Shown piece after piece: positions 25,426 to 37,041 of a DNA stretch of 50,588 bases (its first letter is position 1; each line of letters starts with the position of its first letter). Origin of the DNA: Octopus bimaculoides (taxonomy: Eukaryota); assembly GCF_001194135.2 (NCBI RefSeq), contig NC_069000.1, positions 17,901,449 through 17,952,036 on the forward strand. The letters run 5' to 3'. The position numbers and the translations under genes were made by a program. The notes under the pieces were generated by a model. The model was not told the DNA's origin. It searched no databases and saw nothing but the letters and a program-made list of their open reading frames with translations.

Positions 25426-26149
25426 GTTATGATTATTTCTAATTTAGGAAAATGCCAGCAATTTTGAGGGGAAAGTGTAAATTATTATCATCAACTTCAA
25501 TACTTGACAGTTACTTTATATTATTAGTTTCAAATTTTGGCACAAGGCCAGCAATTTCAAGGGAGAGTGTAAGTCAATTACATTGATCCCCTCAGTACTT
25601 AACTGGTACTTATTTTATTGACCTCAAAAGGATGAGAGGCAAAGTCAACTTCAGTGGAATTGGAACTCAGAACGTTAAAACAGGTTAAATGCTGCTAAGT
25701 CTGGTGTGTTAATTCTGCCAGCTTGCTGTTTTAGTGCTTTATTTTATTGACCTCTGAGAAGTCAATAAAAGGCAAGGTTGATCTTGGTAGGATTTGAACT
25801 CAGAATGTAAAAGACCAGAAAAAATACTGCAAAGCATTAAAAAAATAAAATTTATACTGTTATGATTCTACCAATCTACCACCCTTCAACCATATGCACA
25901 AGTCCTGAAATTTTGGGGGAGGGGGTTAGTTGGTTACATTGATGCCAGTGTTCAGCTGGTACTTATTCTAATGACCCCAAAAGCTTGCAAGACAAAACAA
26001 CCTTGATGGAATTTGAACTCAGAATATAAAGACTGACGAAATATTAACTAATATTGGCGTTGTTTTTCTTTCCTTCTCAAAATATACTTTTATGATTAAT
26101 ACCAGTTCATATTCTTTAATGTCCCATGCATTTCTAAGACCCCCCCCCC

Positions 26150-26452
26150 CCTCGGTCATGACTGACCATGGGATTGCACCGAGAAAGTTACCCTCCCAGG
26201 AACAAGTCCGGGCAATGTTGTTGACCTGCCTCCCCTCTCCACGCCACCAGTGTGATCCAAGGGAAAGGCAAAGGTCGATACAGCTTGGCACCTGTGATGT
26301 CGCAACTCATTTCTACAGCTGAGTGAACTGGAGCAACGTGAAATAAAGTGTCTTGCTCAAGGACACAACACGCAGCCCGGTCCAGGATTCGAACTCATAA
26401 TCTCACAATCGTAAGCTCGACGCTCTAACCACTGAGCCATACGCCTTCACAT
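26150..26452 (-). mobile_element. tRNA-derived SINE, family C-type head
   Basis: Minus strand gtgaaggcgtatggctcagtggttagagcg...gagttcgaatcctgg (A and B boxes), followed by a non-tRNA body. Confidence 0.8.
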
Positions 26453-26949
26453 TCATTAAGTATGCTAATACAAACCTAAAATATAATAAAGCTTAATAGA
26501 TATTTACGGTATGAAAGAGAGTCAACGTCATAGGTTCAACGGTACTCGAGTTGCCTCCCTTGAATCATACCTCTCCTTGATATTATCATGGTTGATGAAT
26601 TTCATTTTGGCTTACTAACGTTTAAATTAAAAAAAAAAAAAAAGTATTCCTGTAGATAATCTTTTCTAGGTTTGCATTAGCATACTTAATGAATGTGAAG
26701 GCGTATGGCTCAGTGGTTAGAGCGTCGAGCTTACGATTGTGAGGTTATGAGTGCCAGTATGGCGATGCTGGTAACGATCATGTTCGAATGGTGCTTTTTA
26801 CGTGCCACCGGCACGGAAGCCAGTCAGCTGCTCTGGCAGCGATCACGCTCAGATGGTGCACTTATCGCTCTGCTGGCACGGGTGCCAGTCATCGAATTTG
26901 CGAATTTGATTTGATTTCGATTTCACTTGCCTCAACAGGTCTTCGCACC

Positions 26950-27650
26950 ATTTTTCATACTTTCTGGGGATAAGCAAAACGGAAATAACAGTTGCCACCC
27001 AAGAACAAAAATTGTATTACACAGTGTAATATGCCTTGACTCATTGGGTATGTGTGTATATGGGGGGTGGGTGTCAGATTTACTGAAAATGAGAGTTTAA
27101 TTTCAAGGCAGTTGTACGGAAAATTTAAAGAAACTTGCAAAGCCTCGACCAGGAGAATCTATATTTTGTTTCTTCATTGGTGTCGTAATCGACGTAATAT
27201 GCATGTTGACAATATTAAGGAATTAAATATTGTAATATTTGAAAGAAATATTTAGTGTCACATAGTTGTTGGATCAAACTTGATTAAGCAAACCTTTTTG
27301 TAAAGACATTCCCGCCAAGAGCAATCGTACTTTTTAGATATATAAAACTATGTCACCCAATGTGTTCTCTTCCATATTTTAGACGGTGGGGTGTGATTAA
27401 AAGGAGTTTTAGTCGCTATTTCAAGCAAATCGATCGTCCATGCAAAGGTTCTATCGTTGGTTCATCGTATGATGTCCTGTAAATGTGTGATATCGTAATA
27501 ATAGTGTCATTTTCAAAATATCTTGATCAGTTATTTAGAGTTATCTCCCTTGCATTGTTTCGCTCACGTTCCGATATCCATTGCTTTTCGCGTTTTTACG
27601 TTTTCCTTCCGATTGTTACGGTCAAGATTTTAAAAAACATTTTGTTTATT
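26950..27650 (+). promoter_or_regulatory. Candidate PROSER3 promoter or non-coding first exon
   Basis: CpG-rich, largely non-repeat sequence about 1.1 kb upstream of the acceptor at 28766. That acceptor implies an upstream exon. Confidence 0.35.
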
Positions 27651-28818
27651 TTGCACAATTTGCTTGGGTTGGATGTGTTTATAACCACATGGTTCCAGGT
27701 TCATTTCCATGGAGTGGCACCTTAAACAAGTGTCTTCTACTATAGCCCTGGGTCGACCAACACCTTATGACTGTGTATATTTGTTAGTGTTTGTCCTACG
27801 CCACCGCTTGATAACAGGTGTTGGTTTGTTTACAACTGGGTGACAATAGAATAAGTACCAAGCTTATAAATAAGTACTGGGTTCAATCCATTTGATTAAA
27901 AGCCTTCAAGCTTGTACTCCAGCATAAAAGATAAGAGATAGAAATATATGTACACACACACACACACACACATATATGTATGTATGTATGTATGTACATG
28001 TATATACATATATGTATATATTTTTATATTTACCTATATATAGCTTTCTCTCTATATGTGTGTATGTATATATGCATGTATATACCATCTATAGAATAAG
28101 TACTAGGCTTACAAAGAATAAGCCCTGGGGTTGATTTGTTCGACTAAAGGTGGTGCTCCTATTATATATATATATATAATAGTTAGCTGTGTGAAGGCAT
28201 GTGGCTTAGTGGTTAGAGTATTCAGCTCATCATTGTAAGGTTGTGAGTTTGATTCCTGGCTGCATGTTGATTCTTTGAGCAAGACATTTTATTTCATGTT
28301 ACTCCAGTCCACTCACCTGGCAAACATGAGTTGTACCTGTAATTCATAGGGCCAGCCTTGTCACATTCTGTGTCCTGCTGAATCTCTCTGAGAACTATGT
28401 TAAGGGTACACGTGTCTGTGGAGTGCTCAGCCACTTGCATGTTAATTTCATGAGCAGGCTGTTCCGTTGATTGGACCACCTGGAACACTCATTTTCATAA
28501 CTGATAGAGTGCCAGTGTGTGAGCTATGTGCTCTTTCCCTTCTATCAGAATGATAGTGTTTTAGCAATATCACTTACAGATGCTTTGTTGAAATTGAATT
28601 ATCTGTTTTATTCAAGAACATTTTCATCTGGAGTTAGAAACTTTTGTATCAAACTGGTTTTGAACCATTTCCTACATACTAATCGCTTTGTACATGCTTG
28701 TGGTTATCTCTACTGTGGTTTGACTCTACTATGTCTGTGTGATCCTGTTGGTAATTTTCTTTACAGACATTTGAGAACTTGCTCCAGATGATCTAATCAA
28801 ACAAGACATTTAAGCAGG

Positions 28819-28895
28819 ATGTTTGATGAAGAAGAAGATAAAGAATCTGCTCATGATGATGAAGATACTGTTTTGCGTGGTTCTGTTTTGTCAAG
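28819..28895 (+). CDS. PROSER3: PROSER3-like protein, first coding exon (probable 5'UTR portion 28767-28818)
   Basis: Acceptor ttttctttacag ends at 28766. An in-frame TGA lies upstream of AGGATGT. Translation is MFDEEEDKESAHDDEDTVLRGSVLS+AG, then a gtaatt donor (phase 2). Joins the next exon to give SVLSRYISRFR. Confidence 0.75.
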
Positions 28896-29284
28896 GTAAT
28901 TTCTCGGTCTTACTTTGTCTTCGTCTCTCTTCTAACACCATCTTACTATCATCTTATTTTCTGGTTTAACACACTCTTATCATCTGGTCTAATGTTATAA
29001 TTTTCTTTAGTCTTAATGTATCTTACTCTCAGGTCTAACACTATTTTACTTCATGGTCTTGCTGTGTCATCTTATAGTGAAAAGCTATTAGGTCTTATGC
29101 TATCTCATTACCACTTTCCACTTTCACCCCACCCTCCTCCTCCTCCTCATCATCATCATCATCATCACCACCACCACCATCACCATCAAATAGTAGTATA
29201 AGGAACCAAAATTTGTTTCAGCAGATTGTTTTCTTAGCAGTTTATATACCTGTATGTGTGTTTGTACCTTTTTTTTTTCCCCAG

Positions 29285-29474
29285 ATATATTTCTCGGTTC
29301 CGCTATGGTGAACCACAGAGCAGAACACAACGTGTCAGTCACAAATCCAGAGGGCAGGAATTTTGGTGGCTAGATTCTGATGGTGAGGTTGCATCTCCAA
29401 GGCAGGCTGACAGTTCTTCAGATGACAACTTAGGTCAGATTGTTGGTTTAGCTGAAGAAGCTTCTGTTCCTCAG
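29285..29474 (+). CDS. PROSER3: PROSER3-like coding exon 2
   Basis: Acceptor ttttttttttccccag and donor gtatta, phase 2 to 0. Encodes YISRFRYGEPQSRTQRVSHKSRGQEFWWLDSD..., matching the recalled PROSER3 motif Y(I)xRFRxxxPxSRxxR...FWWL. Confidence 0.88.
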
Positions 29475-30201
29475 GTATTAAATTTAGTTTCTTTTTTCTT
29501 ATTTTTGCATCTATAAGTGCAGGCGTGGCTGTGTGGCTAAGAAGTTTGCTTCCCGACCACATGGTTTCCAGTTCAGTCTCGCTGTATGAAATTTTGGGCA
29601 AGTGTCTTCTATTATAACCCTGGGCTGACCAAAGCCTTGCATGTAAACTTGGTAAATAGAAACCAAAAGAAGCTCATTATATATATATCTATTCTTTTTA
29701 CATGGATTTTCATCTGTCTTTTGAACCAAAACCTTGAAGAGACTTGTATATATGGATATGTATTGTTTATAAATCAAATAATGTGACAAGAGAGAGTGAA
29801 GAAAGAGAACTAGAACAAGAGGGTGAGAGAGAGGAGAGTAGGTGGAGGCAAACCAGAGTGAGAGAAGTGAGATGGTGGTGGAGGAGAGAGTAAAAATATT
29901 GCAGAATATGATTGGTATTTGTAACAAAATTAATGAGCATCCATACTTGTTGAAAAAGGAAAAAAAAATGTCAACACATTATTTTTATGGAATTTGTTTT
30001 GTATAAACATATCATTTTGAACACATGCATACACAGAAAGACATGCAGACATGCACACTCACACATGCACGTGTGTATGATTAGTGGTTGATGCATGCAA
30101 TACCAATACCGCAGTCTTCTCTCTGTTTACATACACACACACACAATCATAAATATATAGCATGCAATCAGATATGTGCGTTTTGTATGTTTGTGTATGT
30201 A

Positions 30202-30723
30202 CAGTAATGCCTCTATATGCAAGTCTTGTAAATCTCGTAAAGCAGAGCAATAATTTTCCATAGTCAGAAATTATAAGTCATTCCCAGAAAAATATTTTAC
30301 CGACAAAATTCATAATACTCATAAATAAATGCCAATAAAACAATAGTAGAATGTAAAGAATATTTTATGTAAAGTAAAAAGAATGTGAAGATGATTTATG
30401 ATAAAAAATATTATTATTATCATTTTCCGAATCACTTTCACTCGCACTAGACTTGCACACACCATCACTTGTAGATGCTATCGCCGATTCACAAGCACTC
30501 GTAGACAGACTTGTAGACTTCTTTTAAAAAACAAGTCTAAAATTGTTTGCGTAGAAGAAGCTTTTTTCACTCTCTATAAATTTCTCAGTAACACGCAGAA
30601 GCATTTGTTATGGTAGTAGAAACTTTTGCACTCTGTTCAAAATTTGGATCTTGTACTTGAAAAATAAAACTCGTAAATCCGGGGGTCTCATAAAGCCGGT
30701 CCTTGTAAAGGGAGGTATTACTG
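30202..30723 (-). mobile_element. Tigger/pogo-like internally deleted DNA transposon
   Basis: TA on both sides. Imperfect 22-bp TIRs (cagtaatgcctctatatgcaag vs cagtaatacctccctttacaag, 17/22). Minus-strand remnant CY*EIYRE*KKASSTQTILDLFFK resembles the Tigger transposase C-terminus. Confidence 0.7.
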
Positions 30724-30735
30724 TATATGTGCATG

Positions 30736-30770
<35 letters not shown>

Positions 30771-31041
30771 ACAATATCACAAAAATGTAGTACACATGCA
30801 CGTGTTTGTATGTGTATATGCACACACAATCACAAACATATAGTATGCATACAAATGTGTGTGTGTGTGTGTGTGTTTGTATATATGTACATGCAAACAC
30901 ACAGTATCACAAGAATATTGTATAGATACTTGTCTTTGTATGCACACATTGTATGTTTACATGCACACACACACGCACACACACATGCAGATAGACCTAC
31001 ACATGTATATATTTTTATACAGATGCAATTTTTATTTGCAG

Positions 31042-31106
31042 TACCAGAAACAGCAGAAACAGAACAGGTTGAAACAAAAGACTCTGCTAAATCAATCTAA
31101 GAAAAG
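31042..31106 (+). CDS. PROSER3: PROSER3-like coding exon 3
   Basis: tttttatttgcag acceptor and gtttgt donor, phase 0 to 2. Open frame YQKQQKQNRLKQKTLLNQSKK. Supported by splice sites and phase only. Confidence 0.7.
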
Positions 31107-31327
31107 GTTTGTATTGTTATGTTTTCTATCCATTTTACTTTCTGAAAGCATTCCTTGATTTTAAACTGTTTGTTTCTTAAGCAGATATTTGAAAGATTTA
31201 AATATTCAAATAGAAGAATTACATCTTATTATATTGATGATTGTGTAGTGATATGTATACATGTAACTGAAAAACTTCCCTTTCTATCTGCTTCCCTAAG
31301 TAAGTGAAACTATAGAAATTTTTGTGC

Positions 31328-31722
31328 AGGCCTGGCTACGTGGCTAAGACGCTTGCTTTACAGCTACATGGTTTTGGCTTCAGTCCCACTGTGTGGCACC
31401 TTGGGCAAATGTCTATTATATCTCTGGATTGCCAGCCAATACCTTGAGAGTGAATTTGGTAGATGAAAACTATGTGGAATCCAGTCATGTCTTTATGTAC
31501 ATACATATATATATATGCGTGTGTGTGTTTGTCCTACTCTCCACCACTTGGGAACCAGTGTTGTTTTGTTTACATTCTTGTAGTTTAACAGTTTGGCAGA
31601 AGAGAACATTAGCATAAGTACCAGACTTAAAAAATAAGTACTGGGGTTAGTCTGTTAAATTAAAACACTTGAAGGCAGTACTCCAGCATGAACACAGTCC
31701 AATGGGTGAAACAAGTAAAAGA
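31328..31722 (+). mobile_element. SINE family A copy
   Basis: Same architecture, with CpGs largely decayed. Confidence 0.8.
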
Positions 31723-32569
31723 TAATTTCAAGAACAAAACAGATCTTCAGTATGCTGAAATCCAAGATTGAACTAAGGACCTTTAGATCTCAGTCTTGTA
31801 CTCTCTCAACTAAGCTAATTTGGGCTTTAGTGAATGGTTTCATAATTTGTTGAAGTATAGTTACTGTCATAAAAGTGAAGATGTTTTGCTAAAGTATACC
31901 AAAGCAAAATAGGTTAAATAATAGCTAAAGGAGAACCTCATTCCAAATAGAAAAGAAATTCAAAATAAATTTGTTTTGTTTTTATACAATTTTCCACTGT
32001 TCTTTTCCACTTTCTAGATTTGTCTAAAATCCATATAGTTATGTAAATAATGCAGCTATTCCTAATACCAAACATTCCTTCAGACAACATTTGGTAAACA
32101 CATGTAGTAATTGGGTTATTGCTTAACCTGCTGGAAAAAAAAATAATCAAGCATGGCCAAAAGTACAGCTGTGGATCTTTGGTTGAGAAGCTTGCTTTCC
32201 AACCATGTGGTCTCAGGTTCAATTCCACTGTGTAGTAATTTGGACAATTGTCTTGTGCTATAGTGTTGGGTTGACCAGAGCCTTGTTAGATGATTTGGTA
32301 GATGTTCCCTGCTCCCTCCATCTACCACTCTCCTTTTGCAATTTTATAAGCTCACCTCCCCAATCCCCTGTCCGCTCACTCACTCCCACCCACCTTCCCA
32401 TCCCATCTTCTCTCTCTCTCTCTCTCTCTCTACTCGAGGCAGCCATGTTTCTCCTTTAATGCAAGACTCTTTTTTTCTGTCTGTCAATACTACTTATCTC
32501 CCCCTCCGTTGAGGGATCTTGTTTTGTAAGTTACTTACTGACCTCATTCACTGTTGCTGGTGCCACATA

Positions 32570-33240
32570 ATAAAGCACTCAGTACACTCAGTAAAGTGGT
32601 TGGCATTAAGAAGAGCATCCAGTGATAGAAACCATGCCAAAGCAGACAGCAGGGAGTGGTGTAGTCTTCTGGCTTGCCAGTTCCAGTGGAACCCTCCAGT
32701 CCATGCTAGCATAGAAAGAGGATATCAAATGATGCTGCTGCTGATGACGATGATGTGTGTATCACACATCATCGTCATCATCATCATTTAACATCTCTTG
32801 TCCATGCTGGCATGGGTTGGATGGTTTGACCAGTGCTGGCAAGCTGATGGGCTGCACACACTCCTGTCTGATTTGGCATGGTTTCTATAGCTGGATGCAC
32901 TTCCTAACACCAACCACCCTGAGTGTGTAATGGGTGCTTTTTATGTGCCAGTTGCATGACACCAGTATCTGCCACGATTATGATTTCACTTGGCTTGATG
33001 GGGCTTCTACTCAAGCATGGCATATTGCCAAAGGTCTTGGTCATTTGTCATTGCCTCTGTGAGGCACATCACTTGAAAGGTGCTAGTTAGGTGACACTGG
33101 TGCAAGGTGCTAGTTAACCAACATCAGCCACATTGCCTCCATAAGGCCGTGCTCAAAGGGTGCTTTTTATGTGCCACTGGCATGAGTACCAGCTACATGA
33201 CACTGGCATCGGCCACAACTATGATTTCACTTGGCATGAC
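32570..33240. mobile_element. Tail-to-tail pair of RTE-tail elements
   Basis: Plus copy 32570-32740 ends in (GAT)n. Minus copy starts at the (CAT)n at 32768. Other RTE tails at about 1593-1790(-), 37237-37843(-), 38270-38620(-), 39100-39360(+), 48820-48950(+), 50090-50260(-). Confidence 0.75.
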
Positions 33241-33490
33241 AGGTCTTCTCAAGCACAATATATTGCTAGGTCTTGGTCACTAGTCATTGCTTCCATGAGG
33301 CCCAACATTTGAAGATCATGCTTCACCACATCCTATGTCCTCCAGGGTCTAACTTTTCCACAGGTTCCCTCCACTGTTAGAGATTAACACTTCTTTACAC
33401 AGCTGTCATTGTCCATACACATCATATGACCACACCAATGCAGTTGTATTTTGTTGCATCTTGGGAAGGTCATTATGCCACTGATAAAGA
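33240..33490 (-). mobile_element. RTE-clade LINE 3' fragment
   Basis: Similar in sequence to 2500-2720 and to the reverse complement of 3970-4140 (WCGHMM...GTCGK.RP motifs, decayed). Confidence 0.7.
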
Positions 33491-34021
33491 CATGCATTGG
33501 TTCTATTTCACTTCATTTAATATTATTAAAGTTGAGCAGTAGGGGTCAATATAATTGACTTAGCCCCTTTCTCCAAAGTACCTATAGAGTATTTTATTAG
33601 TTAATTGATTAAATGTTAACAAATTGATTAATAATGATGAAAGAAGTGAAATTAAACTATTGCATGTGTTTAGTGTTGTCATAATTAGAAGAACTTGGCA
33701 CAGTCCTCTGGCTCGCTGGATCCTGTCAGACCATTGAATCCATGCTAGCATGGAAAGTGAACATTAAATGATGATGGTGGCGGAAGTGGTGGCGGCGGCG
33801 ATGACGATGATGACTCTCTTGAGCTACAACAAAATCTGTTTCAACATATAAGTTCACATAAGAATCTTGCAAACCGATTATGAAAGCGAGATATATATAT
33901 TATTTCCCATTCACAATATGTAATACAAGATTTCATGAATATTTTTCATGGAATGATCAACATCCTCAGATTCCTCTAACAATTGACCATTTATTTATTT
34001 ATTCATTGTACATGCTTTCAG

Positions 34022-34101
34022 ACTTTATTCCAAACCACCAAGGTATCATTCAACAAACAACTCCGCTCTTGTTAGAAGCTACTCTGGATGGGACTCACCA
34101 G
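34022..34101 (+). CDS. PROSER3: PROSER3-like coding exon 4
   Basis: catgctttcag acceptor and gttagt donor, phase 2 to 1. Encodes LYSKPPRYHSTNNSALVRSYSGWDSP and supplies the phase change needed between exons 3 and 5. Confidence 0.72.
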
Positions 34102-34374
34102 GTTAGTTGAATGGCTGTGTATGCATGTGTCAATGGTTAACAGAAAATATGTTTGTGCACGTAGTTCTGTATATTTATATCTATCTATCTGTCCATTTTT
34201 CTTTCTGTGTCCATTTTTGTATCCATTTTCTGTGCCTATTTTTGTGTCCATGGTTTCATGCTAGCATGGGTTAGATGAACCTGTAAGTGAGGCTTTGTTT
34301 TACAGCTGTACATCTTTCTTGCTACTAACTCTATCACATTTTTCAAGTAAGGTATCTCTTATTATACAGGCCTT

Positions 34375-34740
34375 TGTGGAGGCGCAATGGCCCAGTGGTT
34401 AGGGCAGCGGACTCGCGGTCATAGGATCGCGGTTTCGATTCCCAGACCAGGCGTTGTGAGTGTTTATTGAGCGAAAACACCAACTAAAAGCTCCACAAGG
34501 CTCCGGCAGGGGATAGTGGCAAACCCTGCTGTACTCTTTCACCACAACTTTCTCTCACTCTTACTTCCTGTTTCTGTTGTGCCTGTAATTCAAAGGGTCA
34601 GCCTTGTCACACTGCGTCACGCTGAATATCCCCGAGAACTACGTTAAGGGTATACGTGTCTGTGGAGTGCTCAGCCACTTGCATGTTAATTTCACGAGCA
34701 AGCTGTTCCGTTGATCAGATTGACTGGAACCCTCGTCGTG
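34375..34740 (+). mobile_element. tRNA-derived SINE, family C, young copy
   Basis: A box tggcccagtgg and B box gtttcgattcc, then the body gtggagtgctcagccacttgca...gttccgttgat shared with 28185-28515 and 45960-46250. Additional heads at 39455-39730. Confidence 0.8.
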
Positions 34741-36871
34741 CCAACATATTCACTGATAAGGCATTGGTCTGCTTAGGGCTATAGTAAAAGACACTTACCC
34801 AATGTGTTGTGTAGTGGGATTGAACCATGAATCTCATGATTGTGAAGCAAATTTTTAACTACACAATTATGTCTCACGTTCACTCATGTCCTGACCGTCA
34901 CCCTATACACAACCTATTTGAACTCTATATGTGATAGTGTGAGCATGGTTGTTGTGGGTGTATCAAATTGAAAAAATGTTCTGAAATTTGCTCACAAACT
35001 GCATTGAAAATGTCCCTTTTAAAATCTGAAATCACAGGAAGTTTAAAATTGCTTTTAAATAAAGCATGTGGTGAGATTTGATGACAAAAATGGTTGTAGA
35101 GGAGGAGAAGGCGCTCCCACATCAATATTAACACCACTTTTTCAATTAGATTTCACTACCTTGCAATAGGAATTCCTTATGACTTCTTACATCGCTGCTC
35201 CAGTAAAAGAGAAAGAAAAGAAAGACCCATAGAACTTTCATGCTGTGCTGTGGTAAGCAATATGAGTCAACAAGTACAGTTATGGTTCGACTTCACACCA
35301 GGTGCACTATTAAATATCAATGAGAGAAACATTAGTTTGGAAACATTTTTTTTATTTATAAATTTATTTTTTATAAATTTTATAACTTAATTTTCATAGT
35401 CTGGCTATGTATGAACTTCCTGTTTTAAAGACTTATCGTTGGAAGGGAGATTACCAGAAACATATAATCCATTGGTGTAACAAAGTTTCATCTGAACCAT
35501 GCTATAAGGAATAAAAAAAATAGATTAAAAAAAAAAATAGTAACAGTACCTCAGTGTGATCACATTTGAGTGAATGAAACCAGTAAAAGAATAAGTGTGT
35601 GTGAGCTGTGTGGTTAGAAAGTTTCTCTCCCAGCCATATTGTTTCGGTTTCAGTCTCACTGCATGGCCCCTTGGCATGTGTCTTCTACTACAGCGCTGGG
35701 CTGACCAAAGCCTTGTGAGAGGATTTATAGGCAGAAACTGAAAATAACCTGTCATACACACACTCACACATATGCAACAGGCTTCTGTACAGTTTCTGTA
35801 TACCAATTCTACTTGAAAGGTATTAGTTGGTGTGGGGTTATATTAAGACACTTGACCGCTTGTGAGTGTGTGTATGTGTATATATATATATATATATATA
35901 TNNNNNNNNNNNNNNNNNNNNNNNNNNNNNNNNNNNNNNNNNNNNNNNNNNNNNNNNNNNNNNNNNNNNNNNNNNNNNNNNNNNNNNNNNNNNNNNNNNN
36001 NNNNNNNNNNNNNNNNNNNNNNNNNNNNNNNNNNNNNNNNNNNNNNNNNNNNNNNNNNNNNNNNNNNNNNNNNNNNNNNNNNNNNNNNNNTATATATAAA
36101 TACAGAATGGGACAAGAACACAAAACATCCAGACAGTTAGGTGATACAAGAAAGGGACAAAACATCCAGATAGATGATCCAAAGAAAACACAGACAGGTC
36201 ATAAGGAGTTTTTTTTCTTCAGTCAAGATCCAGATTATCCTTGCAATTTCGGCTGGTTATTCTCGATATTGCTCCAATCTGGCCAACCCCAAGGAAAAAC
36301 TAAGCTAAGAGCATTAGATTCTGTGGAAGAAAGCAGTGAATGTATACAAAAACGAATGTTACACAAATACAATAGGAATAATAACGGGACGAATAAAATT
36401 ATATATATATATGCATATATTACCCAGTGTAAGCTATGGACACATAAGAGGTGCAGCAACATCAAAGGCAGATTAATTGGGAAGATAGCTTTCGTATATG
36501 GCAGATGCACAGGGGCAATAAACACCACAGATGCTCAGAAAACAGATTTTGGTCCTTTGTCAGCTTGTCTGAAAGGTTCAGTGTCCTGTGGTCATTCTTA
36601 AGTATTTTGTCCCATGATTTCCTGGGACACACACGCACACACACACACACATTGAATGTGAAAAAAATCTACTCCATATACATTGTAGAGTACAATTATT
36701 AAATTTACTCTCTGCTGATGCATTTTGTACCACTATTTAGGTTTGTCTCTGAAAAAAAAAATGTTTCAGCAACACAAATAACAACGGAATAGGGTGGTGT
36801 TGTATCAAGAATTTGTCAATAAAAAGTGTTTATAATATTAATGGTTTATTTCTTTGCTTGTTGCCATTCAG

Positions 36872-37041
36872 AGCAAGACCAGTTTCAGTTTGAACAGTCA
36901 GAAACACCAGAAAGGCCATTCCATGAGCACAGCAATAAGGCTCTTAATGGAGAGGATCTGCTTGCAGAATGGAGGAGGAAAAAATGGAATGGTCTTAATG
37001 ACAGCTCTGATAATAATAATCTGATTTCACCAACTGGAATG
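36872..37041 (+). CDS. PROSER3: PROSER3-like coding exon 5
   Basis: ttgccattcag acceptor and gtatgt donor, phase 1 to 0. Contains EDLLAEWRRKK, a PROSER3-type EDIL..WR.RR motif. Confidence 0.82.

Noticed and set aside
32039-32093. Possible PROSER3 exon (SYVNNAAIPNTKHSFRQHL, phase 2 to 0)
   Set aside because: The strong acceptor is 21 nt upstream (32017) and gives a stop in the needed frame. The phase does not fit exon 4. Kept only as a remote alternative.
34381-34445. tRNA-like sequences (also 26380-26450, 26695-26752, 39455-39530, 39608-39680)
   Set aside because: They have A/B boxes but no closing acceptor stem and continue into SINE bodies, so they are SINE heads rather than tRNA genes.
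36200-36290. tcttcag...tttcgg motifs as a hammerhead ribozyme
   Set aside because: Motif order is wrong for a type I hammerhead and I could not build convincing stems.
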